Shown: positions 21,301-41,876 of the stretch, piece by piece
Numbering within the stretch: position 1 is the stretch's first letter
How the letters are laid out: each line of letters starts with the position of its first letter
Assembly (NCBI GenBank): GCA_002269645.1
Contig: NIVC01000016.1
Coordinates: 62,001 to 126,000, forward strand
Direction: 5' to 3'
DNA: 64,000 nucleotides
Source of the DNA: Macrostomum lignano
Lineage: Eukaryota
Translations under genes and position numbers: made by a program
Notes under the pieces: generated by a model
What the model was told of the DNA's origin: nothing
Database searches by the model: none
The model's input: only the letters and a program-made list of their open reading frames with translations

Positions 21301-23134
21301 ATCCAATAATCCTTAATCCCAGACAGTGAGATCCCATATCCAATAATCCTTAATCCCAGACAGTGAGATCCCATATTCAATAATCCTCAACCCCAGACAG
21401 TGAGATCCCATATCCAATAATCCTTGATCCCAGACAGTGAGATCCCATATCCAATAATCCTTAATCCCAGACAGTGAGATCAATGATCAATGATGATACG
21501 AGCTAATATCCCCAAAATCGGCAACCCGAATCCCTAAAATCCCGATTCCTGCAGGTGGAATCCGCCATCGCCACCCTGGGCGGCAGCGCCTTCCCCAAGC
21601 TGACCTGGACGGCGCCGAAAGACGCTCGCTGGGTGAGCTTCGATAACAGCCTGCGCTGCGGCTCCTTCTTGGACGTCTGCATGCTTTTGAAATCTTCGGA
21701 CGACTGCGCGCACGACCTGCTCCGGGCGCTGCCGGCCTGCCGCTGCGACTGCGGCGACGGCATCGATGAGACTGAGCACTGCTGCTCCAGGCAGCCCTAC
21801 GGCCACTGCCTGCTGCTCAGGCGGTGGGTTGACGTGCCCGAGTCCGGCGAGTTTCGCTGCTTCTGGCGCCGGGGTCGCCTTGCGGCCGTCTGTCAGCGAA
21901 GGCTGGCCGCCTGCTATCCTCATCTGGCCGATGCGGCTGGCGTTGACCGCCTGCTTGACCGGTAGGGGCTGCTGAGGACGGGAGGTCATGCGAGGACAGC
22001 TTGGTTGCTATAGTAAATGCCAGTCAGTTGGACAGAACCTGATCTCAAGTTTCTGCGTCCTCACTCAGCCCCAGTAGAGTTACCTGAGTTAACTAAAGTT
22101 AACTAAAGTTACCTGAGTTTAGGAAGGTCATTAGGCCTCATAAATTAAACAGTCAAAAATTAAGTTATTTAAAGCCAGGAATCAATTAATTTGGGGTCAC
22201 CTAAAGACAGGAATAAATCTATTTGGGGTCACCTAAGGACAGTAATGAATCTATTTGGGGTCACATAAGGACAGTAATGAATCTATTTGGGGTCACATAA
22301 GGACAGTAATTAATCTATTTGGGGTCACATAAGGACAGTAATGAATCTATTTGGGGTCAGCTAAGGACAGTAATGAATCTATTTGGGGTCACCTAAGGAC
22401 AGTAATTAATCTATTTGGGGTCAGCTAAGGACAGTAATGAATCTATTTGGGGTCACCTAAGGACAGTAATGAATCTATATGGGGTCACCAAGGACAGGAA
22501 TGAATCTATTTGGGGTCACATAAGGACAGTAATGAATCTATTTGGGGTCACCTAAGGACAAAAATGAATTTATTTTGTGTCACCTAAGGACAAGAATGAA
22601 TCTATTTGGGGTCATCTGAGGACAGGAATGAATTAATTTAGGGCCACCCGAGGACAAGGATCAGTCATAATTGCAGCAGGCCACCCCAGGGCAATAAATA
22701 AATTAAATGTTGTGTGAGTTCGAATTCCAATCTTCCCGCAGCATTTTTGCCTTCCTGTCTGACCTCGCGCCCGCCTGCCTGCCGCCGGCCCTCGCGCAGT
22801 CCGGCTGCGTATTTGACCTCTATTTGACCTCTGACTCGCGCGACTCCTGCCGCCTATTGGACTTGGCGCCTTGGGCCCGCCAACTGATTCGCTGTTGTTT
22901 GACTGGCCGGAGCTGACGGCGGCTGAGGCGCGGCAGCGGCGGCCGCTGTTCCGCCGGCTGACGGACGACTCGCAGGCCGAGCTGCGGCCTGTCGCCGCCA
23001 TGCCGCTGGACTTTCACTGCCTGCTGGGCCGCGGCGGCGGGGCGGCAGACGGCGACCTCGCCGAGATGCTCCGGCTGGCTGAGGCCCGACAGCGGGCTGG
23101 AGAGGAAAGCTCATCCGCCTCCTCTGATGGATGA
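18349..23134 (+). CDS. CDC123: Cell division cycle protein 123 (D123 ATP-grasp family, eIF2 assembly factor), 3 exons, apparent 1-nt frameshift in exon 3
   Basis: Exons 18349..18624, 21555..21961 and 22742..23134. Motifs CDYRAWHER..YLLADG, FPEL, LGGSAFPKLTWTAPKDARW, LLKSSD..HDL, LRRWVDV..SGEFRCF, AVCQR, DLY and TDSLLFDWPEL. One G is missing at 22873-22875; restoring it gives 1077 nt = 358 aa + stop. Confidence 0.93.
18778..21480. repeat. 37-bp minisatellite (GAGATCCCATATCCAATAATCCTTGATCCCAGACAGT) filling CDC123 intron 1
   Basis: About 73 head-to-tail copies with no spacers. Confidence 0.97.
22190..22630. repeat. 32-bp minisatellite (TAAGGACAGTAATGAATCTATTTGGGGTCACC) in CDC123 intron 2
   Basis: About 13 copies. 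Confidence 0.9.
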
Positions 23135-23935
23135 CGGCTGTGCGGTGCATTTGCTACGGAAACTTGAGATTTTGATTTCGTAGGGGTGAGATTTTGATTT
23201 CGAAGGGGTGAGATTTTGATGATTGAGATTCTACTAGGCTGAAATTTGTACTTCATAGGGGTGAGATTTTGATATCTGATTGAGATTCTACTAGGACGAT
23301 ATTTTATTTTCAAAAGGGTGAGATTTTGATTTCGTATGGGGTGAGATTTTAATTTCTGAGTGTCATTATGCTACTAGGGTGAGATAAGATTCTAAAGGAA
23401 TCTTTAGGGTGAGAATCGTTAAATTGTAATATTTATCATTTAAGTTGACTTTCTTAACCTGAAATTAATTTGCTTATTGAACTTCATCAATATTTGCATT
23501 TTTGTTACAGCTATAATACAGGTACCATTGGTGAAAGTAAATAAAAGCTGCAAATTTCTACTGAATTGAATCAAGCAGTAATATACATCGCGTATGTTTT
23601 TATTTATTTTTTATTACTTTAAAAGAAATTGAGAGAATAATAGAGCCTTGGTTTCGGGAGGCACTTGGCCTCGTGTCAGCGGAATTTCGGTGAAATCTGG
23701 TTAGATATTGACAGTATAACAGTCCAAGTTGTTATTTATTTATTATATATAGTTGTGGATTATTATCATAAGATCGAAATTGGTAGGCAGGTAGGCACGC
23801 ATTTTGCAGACAAATGGTAAAGGGCTTGTGTTAGTTAGGCATAAAGAATGGGGCTATGGCTTCATCTATTTCATTAATTGAGAAGATAAGCTTATACATG
23901 CCATTCCCTGAGAACAGTGTTGGGTAGATATCCCC

Positions 23936-24890
23936 AGTGAGTCTGAGCTGTCCCCAATCAGTGAGTCTGAGCTATCCCCATCAGTGAGTCTGAGCTATCC
24001 CCCATGAGTGAGTCTGAGCTATCCCCCATCAGTGAGTATGAGCTATCCCCCATCAGTGAGTCTGAGCTATCCCCATCCAGATGAGTCTGAGCTATCCCCC
24101 ATCAGCCATCAGTGAGTCTGAGCTGTCCCCCATCAGTGAGTCTGAGCTATCCCCCCCCCAATCAGTGAGTCTGAGCTATCCCCCATCAGTAAGTCTGAGC
24201 TATCCCCCATCAGTGAGTCTGAGCTATCCCCCATCAGTGAGTCTGAGCTATCCCCATCCAGATGAGTCTGAGCTATCCCCATCCAGATGAGTCTGAGCTA
24301 TCCCCCATCAGCCATCAGTGAGTCTGAGCTATCCCCATCCAGATGAGTCTGAGCTATCCCCCATCAGCCATCAGTGAGTCTGAGCTGTCCCCCATCAGTG
24401 AGTCTGAGCTATCCCCCCCCCAATCAGTGAGTCTGAGCTATCCCCCCCCCAATCAGTGAGTCTGAGCTATCCCCCATCAGTAAGTCTGAGCTATCCCCCA
24501 TCAGTGAGTCTGAGCTATCCCCCATCAGTGAGTCTGAGCTATCCCCATCCAGATGAGTCTGAGCTATCCCCCATCAGCCATCAGTGAGTCTGAGCTATCC
24601 CCATCCAGATGAGTCTGCGCTATCCCCCATCAGTGAGTCTTAGCTTTCCCCCATCAGTGAGTCTGAGCTATCCCCATCCAGATGAGTCTGAGCTATCCCC
24701 CATCAGCCATCAGTGAGTCTGAGCTATCCCCATCCAGATGAGTCTGCGCTATCCCCCATCAGTGAGTCTTAGCTTTCCCCCATCAGTGAGTCTGAGCTAT
24801 CCCCATCCAGATGAGTCTGCGCTATCCCCCATCAGTGAGTCTTAGCTTTCCCCCATCAGTGAGTCTGAGCTATCCCCATCCAGATGAGTC
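23936..24890. repeat. About 24-bp minisatellite (CAGTGAGTCTGAGCTATCCCCCAT) with recurring variant blocks
   Basis: Directly visible, intergenic between CDC123 and the kinase 3' end. Confidence 0.93.
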
Positions 24891-26278
24891 AGGCATTGGC
24901 AAGTAGTCACAGCGGGATGCAATCCACTCTAACAGCTGTAGGCATAGAAAACTTTATTAATTAACGTACAGAACAATTTGCAAAACATTTGCATAACACG
25001 GACCTACATAAAGGCAGTTGTCAGTTGCAGATATTTTATGCAGTTTCGAATATGAACACAGATTTTAATAGCGGCTTACACAAATGTACCAGGAGGCAAA
25101 TAAAAGAACAAAATAACTATTCAAGTATACGCACCTAAGGGTAGAGCTAACTACAATAGCAGTGATATTTTGGGTGCTGGACGTTTGAGGAGACAGAAAG
25201 TTTAGGTTACAAAAGATTAAATTCAAACCAAAGAAAGAAGCGGACTAGAGGTGGGAATCCAAGATTTTAAAGAGTTAGATTTCTTGTTAATTTAGACGGG
25301 CGATTTTCGTTAAAAATTGTAGCAAAGAAATTTCTTAATAATCTTCAATTACTATCATTGTGCGTACAACAATTGCCTGATTGTCCCCACAAAAAGTTTC
25401 AGTGTAAGAGTAGTGCAGAAAAATTCATCTTTGCGATCAAATAAACTAATAGGCTAGTACTCGTATATATAAGTGACAGGGAAGAAATAAAAACTGTTAT
25501 AAGCATTGTCGTGTTCGATAAGTTCACAAAGAATACGAAAAAGTATCATGAAAAAACGAGAATAAGATTCCAGACGCGTAATTCGATTTGGAATTAGGAA
25601 GATGGGAGAGCGGTATCGTGTGACAGCTTGTTTTGTTAAAACTAAAACTTCAATTGTTAAAAATCAGAAATCATGCAAAATAAAATTTATTAGTAAGCGT
25701 AAGTTACAAGAGTAAAATTGCAAATACATTTTAATTGGCTGGCTAATATGGATTGAAGTAACAACTTCAGGTTATAAAGATTCTGAACTGAAAGCCAATC
25801 AAAATCTAGAAAGGGGAAGGATTCTTATTGAGAGTTGTGCCAGCCAGTTTGGGAGGGTCAGGGCAGAGGGTTTGGGCCAGCCAATGAAGATTCAAGAAGA
25901 AGCAATGTACACCGACGCTTGGGTAAAGGGGGCTAGAGAGTATGAGGTTGGCATCGCTACTGGGGGTAGAGGGTATGGCTGCTGCAATTTGATTGGATGC
26001 TGCAGGGGCTGGCTTTATATATGGTGCCATGTTGGATAAATCGCTAAAGTCAAATTGTACGTGATTCAGACTGCGTTGTAACAATAATTACAATTCATGC
26101 GACGATCATTGAGATAGAAGTAAAGTTTGTACAAATGCGCCCGAAGCTGCTGCTGTTTAAAAAATAAACAAACAGATTTTTTCAACGTTCCTTCCTGTTG
26201 CGACTTCGGAAATCGCATTTTCCCTGCGAGTCAGAGATGCACAAGTCGGGTATAGTGAGGTCAGGCACTTCCACATGA

Positions 26279-34252
<7,974 letters not shown>

Positions 34253-34289
34253 TCAAGCTAGTGTTTCGGCAGGGCGTAAGGTCTCTCTG

Positions 34290-34735
34290 GAGGGGGTCAA
34301 GTCTCTTTGGAGGGGGTCAAGTCTCTTTGGAGGGGGTCAAGTCTCTTTGGAGGGGGTCAAGTGTTTCTAAAGGCGGTCAAGTGTCGCTGGAGGGGATCAA
34401 GTCTCTCTAGAGAGGGGTCAAGTCTCTCTAGAGAGGGGTCAAGTCTCTCTAGAGAGGGGTCAAGTCTCTCTAGAGAGGGGTCAAGTCTCTCTAGAGAGGG
34501 GTCAAGTCTCTCTAGAGAGGGGTCAAGTCTCTCTAGAGAGGGGTCAAGTCTCTCTAGAGAGGGGTCAAGTCTCTCTAGAGAGGGGTCAAGTCTCTCTAGA
34601 GAGGGGTCAAGTCTCTCTAGAGAGGGGTCAAGTCTCTCTAGAGAAGGGTCAAGTCTCTCTAGAGAGGGGTCAAGTCTCTCTAGAGAGGGGTCAAGTCTCT
34701 CTAGAGAGGGGTCAAGTCTCTCTAGAGAGGGGTCA
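34290..34735. repeat. 21-bp minisatellite (GGGGTCAAGTCTCTCTAGAGA)
   Basis: About 20 copies; source of the (SREGSSL)n ORF. Confidence 0.95.
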
Positions 34736-35459
34736 AATCCAGGTGATATGTATAATGAGAATATGCTATTATTGGAACAAAAAAATGCAAAGAAACAACC
34801 AGAAGTGCTCGCAAATTAAAGATTCTTCTCCAGTCTCTTTCTGCCGAAGTTTTTTTTTATTTTATTTTTTTACTTTTATTTTTTTAAGATGTAGATCCAA
34901 CCGCGGCCCAGCTCATGCCAATCAAGTTTAATTAGCCCCTTTCAATGCCCCCCTCCTAGCCCCAATCCCCAATCCCCTAGGGAGGTATTGGATTCGCTTC
35001 TGCACTTTTAGAGTCGGATCCCAAATCCCTAATTGAGCTGAAGTCTCAGCTTGCCAAAGCTCCTCTCTGCTCTAATTAGTTTTCAACTGCATGGCAACTG
35101 GGTAGCTTTAATTAAAAAACGTGAGGGCCGAGATAGCCATCATCGCTCATTAAGGTTTTTTGCTACGGGCGACGCAAGGCGACGCGTCTGTAGCTGAGAG
35201 TCAGCGAGGATATGGGATCAGGATCCCTAGAACAGATGCTAAGCAATGTGCTGTGAGAGGGCAGAGTGGGAACTGTGCAATGGTCAGTCTCTGTATTCAG
35301 AGCGATATTTTTTCATGACTGCCTTTTTCACGAGATAAATGTTACACTTGTGACTGAGGCACTGCAGCTCCTGAAGGGTTCATTTGGTGCATCAAATCGG
35401 CTTTCAATCACCTTGAGTGGCGCTGCAGTGAAGCCCTGCAGTCTTTTGTGTCTTTGGAA

Positions 35460-35785
35460 TCTCAGGGTCCTTGGGTAACCTCAGGGTTCTTGGGTAACCT
35501 CAGGGTCCTTGGGTAACCTCAGGGTCCTTGGGTAACCTCAGGGTCCTTGAGTAACCTCAGGGTCCTTGGTGAACCTCAGGGTCCTTGGGTAACCTCAGGG
35601 TCCTTGGGTAACCTCAAGGTCCTTGGTGAACCTCAGGGTCCTTGGGTAACCTCAGGGTCCTTGGGTAACCCAAGGGTTTTAGGGTTACCCCAGGAGTTTA
35701 CGGTAACCTCAAGGTCCTTGTATAATCCCAAGGGTCTTTCAGTAACCTCAGGGTCCTTGAGAAAACTAAATTCGTTTGGTAACCT
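35460..35785. repeat. 20-bp repeat (CTCAGGGTCCTTGGGTAACC)
   Basis: About 15 copies, decaying rightwards. Confidence 0.85.
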
Positions 35786-36034
35786 CACGGCACGCGCTAA
35801 AATCCTCAAGGCAATACTCGTAGAGTATGTCACTGCCACTGAGTCGTGGTCGCTGTACACCCTACATGAGCGTGCCTGCGTACATTCAGATATCCCGTGG
35901 TGGTGCTCAGGGATCAGCGGAACGCGCATGGCTGCTAGCCGCGGGTTGACTGTCGCTTTGGTTCGCGGAAGTGGCAGAGGACCCAGGGGAAACCCTTTGA
36001 AACTCTTGTGGGGATATTTGAGAGCTTTCTTTAC

Positions 36035-36129
36035 CCAGGCCTGTGTCTGGCAAAGCTGCCGCCGTTGTTGTTGTTCGCAGCGGTGGAGTTCGCCAGCAGA
36101 TGCGGATTCCCCTGGCCTGAGAGCCACAT
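36035..36129 (-). CDS. Putative upstream coding exon of the CDKL kinase (N-terminal extension)
   Basis: ATG at 36129 opens MWLSGQGNPHLLANSTAANNNNGGSFARHRPG, ending at donor GTAAAG (36034). It splices in frame to the acceptor CCGCCCGCAG at 34185, 16 nt before the MNKYEK ATG. Confidence 0.5.
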
Positions 36130-36625
36130 GCTGCCTCAGACCTGCCAGTGAGGCGTCTCCGCTGACGAAGATAACTTGAGGATCTGCTGGTTGCGGCTTC
36201 CAGGTGTGCTAAGTCCGGCCAGGCCTCCTCACGGAGGTCCCATAGCGACGATATTCCGCGCGCAAAAATTGAATTCTTTTTCTTTTTCTGCTTCCGCTGC
36301 TCTTTCAGCTGCTGTCCTTCTGTGTCTCTTTCTCTCTCCTCTTTCTCTTTCCATCGCTGTGAGTATTGAGTTTGGTTTAAATTTGACCGCACAGGCGTGG
36401 GGGAGGGAGGCAACTTCGGCTTTCTCGTCTGGCCAATGGGAGTCAGCAGCGGTTTCTGCCTGGTCTCTGAGGCCAAAGAGACCCAGAACTAGAGCCTCGA
36501 GTTTCTGACCCCCTCATCAACACCCCCATTTTAATTAGACATCTCTAGGCTGACTGCAACGTTTCAGTTTGAGCACACAAATTGAAGCTACTAAGAATTT
36601 ACTCAAGCTTTAAACTGAGAACAAG

Positions 36626-37203
36626 TTGACAAAAAACTTCAGGGAGGGTTGCTAAGGATAGATACTGACTGATCTGAACAAAAACTTCAAGGAGGATTAC
36701 TAAGGGAAGGATAGATACTGACTGATCTGATCGAACAAAGATGTCATGAACAAAAGCTAGGCGAGTTTGTGTCACTATAATAAACTTTCACTATTAAGCT
36801 GTCGTCACTTCGATTTGGTTAAACCATTTTTTGTTCAGATCAGTCAGTATCTATCCTTAGCAACCCTCCCTGAAGTTTTTGTCAAGATCAGTCAGTACTG
36901 TACCTATCCTTAGCAACCCTCCCTGAAGTTTTTGTCAAGATCAGTCAGTACTGTACCTATCCTTAGCAACCCTCCCTGAAGTTTTTGTCAAGATCAGTCA
37001 GTACTGTACCTATCCTTAGCAACCCTCCCTGAAGTTTTTGTGCAGATCATTGAGTATCTATCCTTCCCTAGCAACCCTCCCTGAAGTTTTTGTGCAGATC
37101 ATTGAGTATCTATCCTTCCCTAGCAACCCTCCCTGAAGTTTTTGTGCAGATCATTGAGTATCTATCCTTCCCTAGCAACCCTCCCTGAAGTTTTAGTCAA
37201 GAT
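36626..37203. mobile_element. Foldback-like element: 58-bp near-perfect inverted repeat with tandemly amplified arms
   Basis: 36626-36684 is the reverse complement of 36828-36885 apart from A-run length; about 2 copies of the unit on the left and about 7 on the right. Confidence 0.55.
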
Positions 37204-38362
37204 CTGATCTCCCTGGCTTGGCCTCAGTTTTCTTCCGCTCAAGCCAGACTTTTTCTGGAGCCAGATTTTCTTATCTAAAGCTGGGGGGGGGGGGCAGCTA
37301 CACGCAGGCAGCCACCTGCAGTTTTTGGGGCTGCAGCCGGAGTGGGGGGGGGGTCGCGAAATGATTTGGGGCAGTCGGAAGCCCCCCCCCCTATGCTCAG
37401 GCCTTCCTGTCAGGCTAGCTGAGCTCAAACACTGCAGGCTACTGCAGCTGGAACAACTCACTCAAGCTGCCCCCCATCCAAAGCTCACTTTCGCCCAGAG
37501 CTGCTAGTCGCAGGCAAAATTAGGGGGAGACAGAGAGAGGGAGCGGCCCGTGCTGAACTGCTGTCTTTTTCTTATTCACTTCTTTCTGCTTCTGCAAAGC
37601 AGCAGCCAAGGCAGGCTGAGCAACCTCATCCTCCGCTCCGCATGTGTGGGAACTGGGGCTGGGGGCTGTGCAAAGGTTAATGGGAGAGGCTTTTGAGCCA
37701 GTTTGCTTACAGAGGGAGGAGGAAGAGGTTGGGGCCGCTTTCTGCTTCTGCCAGGTGTGGCAGAAGTGCACAGCGAAAATTTCTTGCCCATTTTTGCAAT
37801 GTTGCCATGCCAACCAGGCACACGGCGGCAGGGAGAGAGAAGGCATGAGGGCCGGTTCCCAGAGTCAATAAATAAAGTGAGTGTAAGGAGAGACAAAGAA
37901 GGGTCAAAGGCTCGATTAAGAGCTTCTAAACTTGATGCTTTGACATTTTTTAAACCAATTATACCACTTTATAACTTTATATCACTAGAAATAGGATGTT
38001 CTGGCATTCAAAATGGACACACAAACACGCACAAAATTTCCGGTGTTGAGTGCTTCTTATTTAGTTTTCAATTTCAAACAAATTATGTCAAGTCAAGTGC
38101 AAGGACAGCTTCTTTTGGATCGGCCTACAATCCAGCAAAGTTAGTGGAAAAGTTTTAAAAAGCTTAAAAGCATCAAAGCAATACAATTCTAAGATTCAAT
38201 GCAAGGTCTGACTGAATAGTCAGGGAGAGTGAGGCCCTTGCAGAAGTCATCTTCCTCTATGCTACTACCAATAGCAAGTAGGTAGGTGCACTGGCGAAGC
38301 GTAAAAAAGGAGCTTTATTAAACTGTTGATTTTTAGCAGTAGAACTAGCAAGGAGAGCAATG

Positions 38363-39095
38363 CAGGCATATGAAATTCCAGAACACGGGCTACCTTTTTG
38401 TTGCGCACCTTCTCGAACAAGAATCAAGTCGCCAGCCCTCTGGACCGTCGAGATATTCCACGATTCTGCCAGAAGTTCGGATTTTCCCCATAAGCGCCAG
38501 TGTATTCAGTACACCCCTGTGCGCCAATCAGCACTGCGCCTCACTGCAGCCTTGCCAAGCCTTCAAATTTCATCAGCACGCCAACCACATGTGTCTGCAT
38601 CAGTTCTGACTTCGTTGGTCATTGGCCTTCATCCAGGCGGAGCTTCTGGACCTTCAACAGGTGGCACCAGGTGACTATGGACACGCTGTTGCGAATTTCT
38701 CAAGGTTCGCTGATCAAGCCTCAACAGTGGGCAAGCCTCGACTGTTGGACATCCTCAGCTAGTCTCACAAGCATTCCGTTATCACCCCGATGACATCGGC
38801 ACCTTCAACGAGTGACACCAGGCGGCTATGGACACCCTGTTGCAACTATGTCAGATTTTTCTTATCAAGCCTGCCTCAATAATAGGCAAGCCTCAACTGC
38901 TAGGTATCCTCAACTAGTTTCTCAAACATTCGGTTGTCATTCAGACGCCGTCAGCACCTTCAATGGACAGCTGCACTAAGGCGCAGTGCTGATTGGCGCA
39001 CAGGAGTGTATTGTCCAGAGAGCTGGCGACTTGATTCTTGTTTGAGAAGGTGCGCAATAAAAAGTTAGTCCATGTCTTTGAATTTCGTGTGCCTG
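38363..39095. mobile_element. MITE-like element with about 125-bp imperfect terminal inverted repeats and an internal about 150-bp duplication
   Basis: 38970-39095 is the reverse complement of 38363-38445 plus 38509-38550. Internal units start ACCTTCAA at 38650, 38801 and 38956. Confidence 0.55.
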
Positions 39096-41876
39096 AGTTG
39101 CTCCATTCTGGCGCAGCAAAAATTTTCAAGGATGATTCGACAGGTGAAAAAATGGCTTGGTAATTTCTACTGTTGGAGCCGAAAGGGGAAGCAGAATTTT
39201 TAATAATTTGATGTTTCGATCGGGGTTATTTCAAGGTAGCACTTCTATAAATGCGAAATTAAAAGCAGCACCATTTGAAAACAAATACAAGTACAAATGA
39301 ACTAAAATGGTGAGAGGAATTGTCACTAGCTCTCAAAAGCTAAAACTGCTGCCTTATCCTAAGATTTATTGGCAAGAGGCAGTTGAATTCAAAATAATAA
39401 ATGGAAGCATTTATCAGCAGCATACTGTGAATGCATCATATCTATCAGTATGATTTTAAATATAGTAGTAAAACACATAATAGACAAAAAGTTAAAAGCC
39501 AAATTCGAAAATAAATAGTAGAAGGCAGATTACCGAAAAGTTCCAAAAGATAGACTGATTCAGACTGAAATATTGATTTATTTGCCTATTAGTGGGACAC
39601 TGAATTGCCGAATGTATCCTAATATGCTTTTCGATAAAAATGTTATAGGGCAATTGAGAGAGTCAATTATTTGAAAGTTAGGCACGCTGATTCTTGACTT
39701 TTGAAAATTGGAGTCAGAATTTTACACACTTTGATGCGCCGATTGTCGATGCTACTATTCCAATATGACTAGAAAGAAAAGACTAAGAAAATATGATAAA
39801 AAATCAAAGATCGAATATGTCTTAGGGTAATGGAGCAAACATAGAAAAGCTATTGAGTGAAAGCCGGTTATCAAAGGTAATTTTGTCGCGTAATGTATTG
39901 TACGGACATTTCTACGATCTTATCATCTCTTTTACAATTAACACCAGAAACTGGTTACAAAAGCAGCTAACTTACCCCCTGTCTCTTTCTCGTTGAGGCG
40001 AAATTTTTATGCCTTTTAAGCAATGAAACAAAAATGTCCAGTTGTTTGCGTGGTAATTTTTTAGTTAGGAGTAAAACAGCTCATGAAAAATTATAACTTC
40101 ATTTCTGACTTCTGAACTTTTTAAAACAATTTTAGTAAATGGTAAACAGATAAAGAACTAGCTTATCGTCGCCTTATCGGGTTGCCAAATATTCAGTTAT
40201 GTTTGTATTAAAAGTAGCAACCACTCAATATGAAATTACAGTAAAAATTAAATTTGGCTAAAGAGAAATATTTTTAATCAACAAAAATAGATTTTTAGTT
40301 AAAAATTATATTTTTAAAACAAATTTTTACAATAAAGAAATAGAAACTTTGTTTAATGTCTTTGGTTTTTTCTGCACGGACAAATTCTTACCTTTCTAAG
40401 AACAACGAACGGATGAAATCCAGCATGGATGATGAATGGATTGATTCAACTTTAAGATACTCTTGATTTGAGTGTTGATATTGATTCCTCAGCGTAAGCA
40501 TGAGAAAATTAAATCAATGAGAGAAAAGTTAGAATAGCATTTCTATTTCTAGTTAAGTTTTATGCTGAAGTATTAAGAATTAGGAATATACTTGTAGGAT
40601 AAAAAAATAGTTCTCAAAACCTTTAGACTTTAAACAGTAACAAAACTCTAACAAAAATCTTTGGAATGTGAGGCCTTAATTTTTTGCAAATAATTCAAGT
40701 AAATATTTTCTATAAAAGTAAGAATATGAGTAGCAAGTATCAATTAAATTGAAAAGAACATGTTCTTCTCTTCATTGACATTAGTTTAGAATTGTATTAT
40801 CAATATTTTTCATACTAATACTACTATACTAGTATAAAGTTATTATTTTTTATGTGAAAATGCTTTAAATGCTTTATCTGTTCCATTGTCTAGATTTTGC
40901 TTAATGTATTCTAGAGTGAAAACTGAAAAGTGACACCTAGACTTTAAATGTCATTTTAAAAATGGTATGCCAAGGTAATAACTTATTTAATGAATTATAG
41001 TTTATAAGAGTTTCCTTTTTACAAACACTGTTTTTGACACTTTATCTATGAAGAATAATGAACATTTATTAAGTCAATAAAAATTTATTATGTTACAAAT
41101 CTCCAGCTTTAAATACATTATAAAATTATTATTAAGATGTTTATCAATCTATTTCTATGACATTTTTGTTTAATAATTTTATAGATGTCAAGTATTCATA
41201 TTCCTATATATATGCAAACCATAGCCTTTGTCAAAAATAAGCCAAGTGTTGGTATAATATAAATCTTTTAGCTAGGGATCAACTGTGATCATACTGACAA
41301 TCAAAAAAACTGTAATCAGAAGGAAAAAATCATGCACAGTCTTTTGCCAATCACAATTTTTTAATTTTGTGAATTAAATTTTACTTTTTTAAGTCATAGC
41401 ACAACCAAAGCAAACCAAAATTGCAACAAATCAGTGCAGATATAACAAAGCCATGTAATGAAAATGGTCAAACAATAAACATGATAAAACAAAGCTTAAA
41501 AATCAATAAAAATACAAGACTTGGTAGTATTAACGCTAATCTGTAATCATTCTGTGTTTAAATTAAAATGTATATTATAAAAAAAATTCATGGTCATGCA
41601 CAATTTCATGCACAGTCTAGTTCCAATCATGCACAAAAATCGTGGTTGGTTGATCCCTGCTTCTAAACAGTATGTATTGATTTTTTGATAGCCTTTAAAA
41701 CCATTTTTTTCAAAAAATGTATAAATGTTTTGATTGGGCCTGATTAAATGAATAGGGGCAATGCTTTTTGATAGTATCAATTTTCTATAAAGGTTTATTA
41801 TCTAGTATTTTTCTTCCTGGTTGCTAGCTTGCCCCTAGTTAATCTCTAACAAATCTAACAATATTCATGAGCAAGC

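Noticed and set aside
18778-21480. 37-bp repeats of CRISPR-like length
   Set aside because: Units are head-to-tail with no unique spacers, lie in a spliceosomal intron, and no cas genes are present.
25806-26084. 92-aa ORF downstream of the kinase stop
   Set aside because: No motif; probably 3' UTR or intergenic. The kinase already ends in the family-typical HLPNI.
35907-37907. Lys/Glu-rich and other minus-strand ORFs around 36-38 kb as transposase fragments
   Set aside because: No catalytic or zinc-finger motif recognised; low complexity explains the open frames.
39100-41800. AT-rich block as a possible mitochondrial or foreign insertion
   Set aside because: No recognisable mitochondrial gene, rRNA or long ORF.
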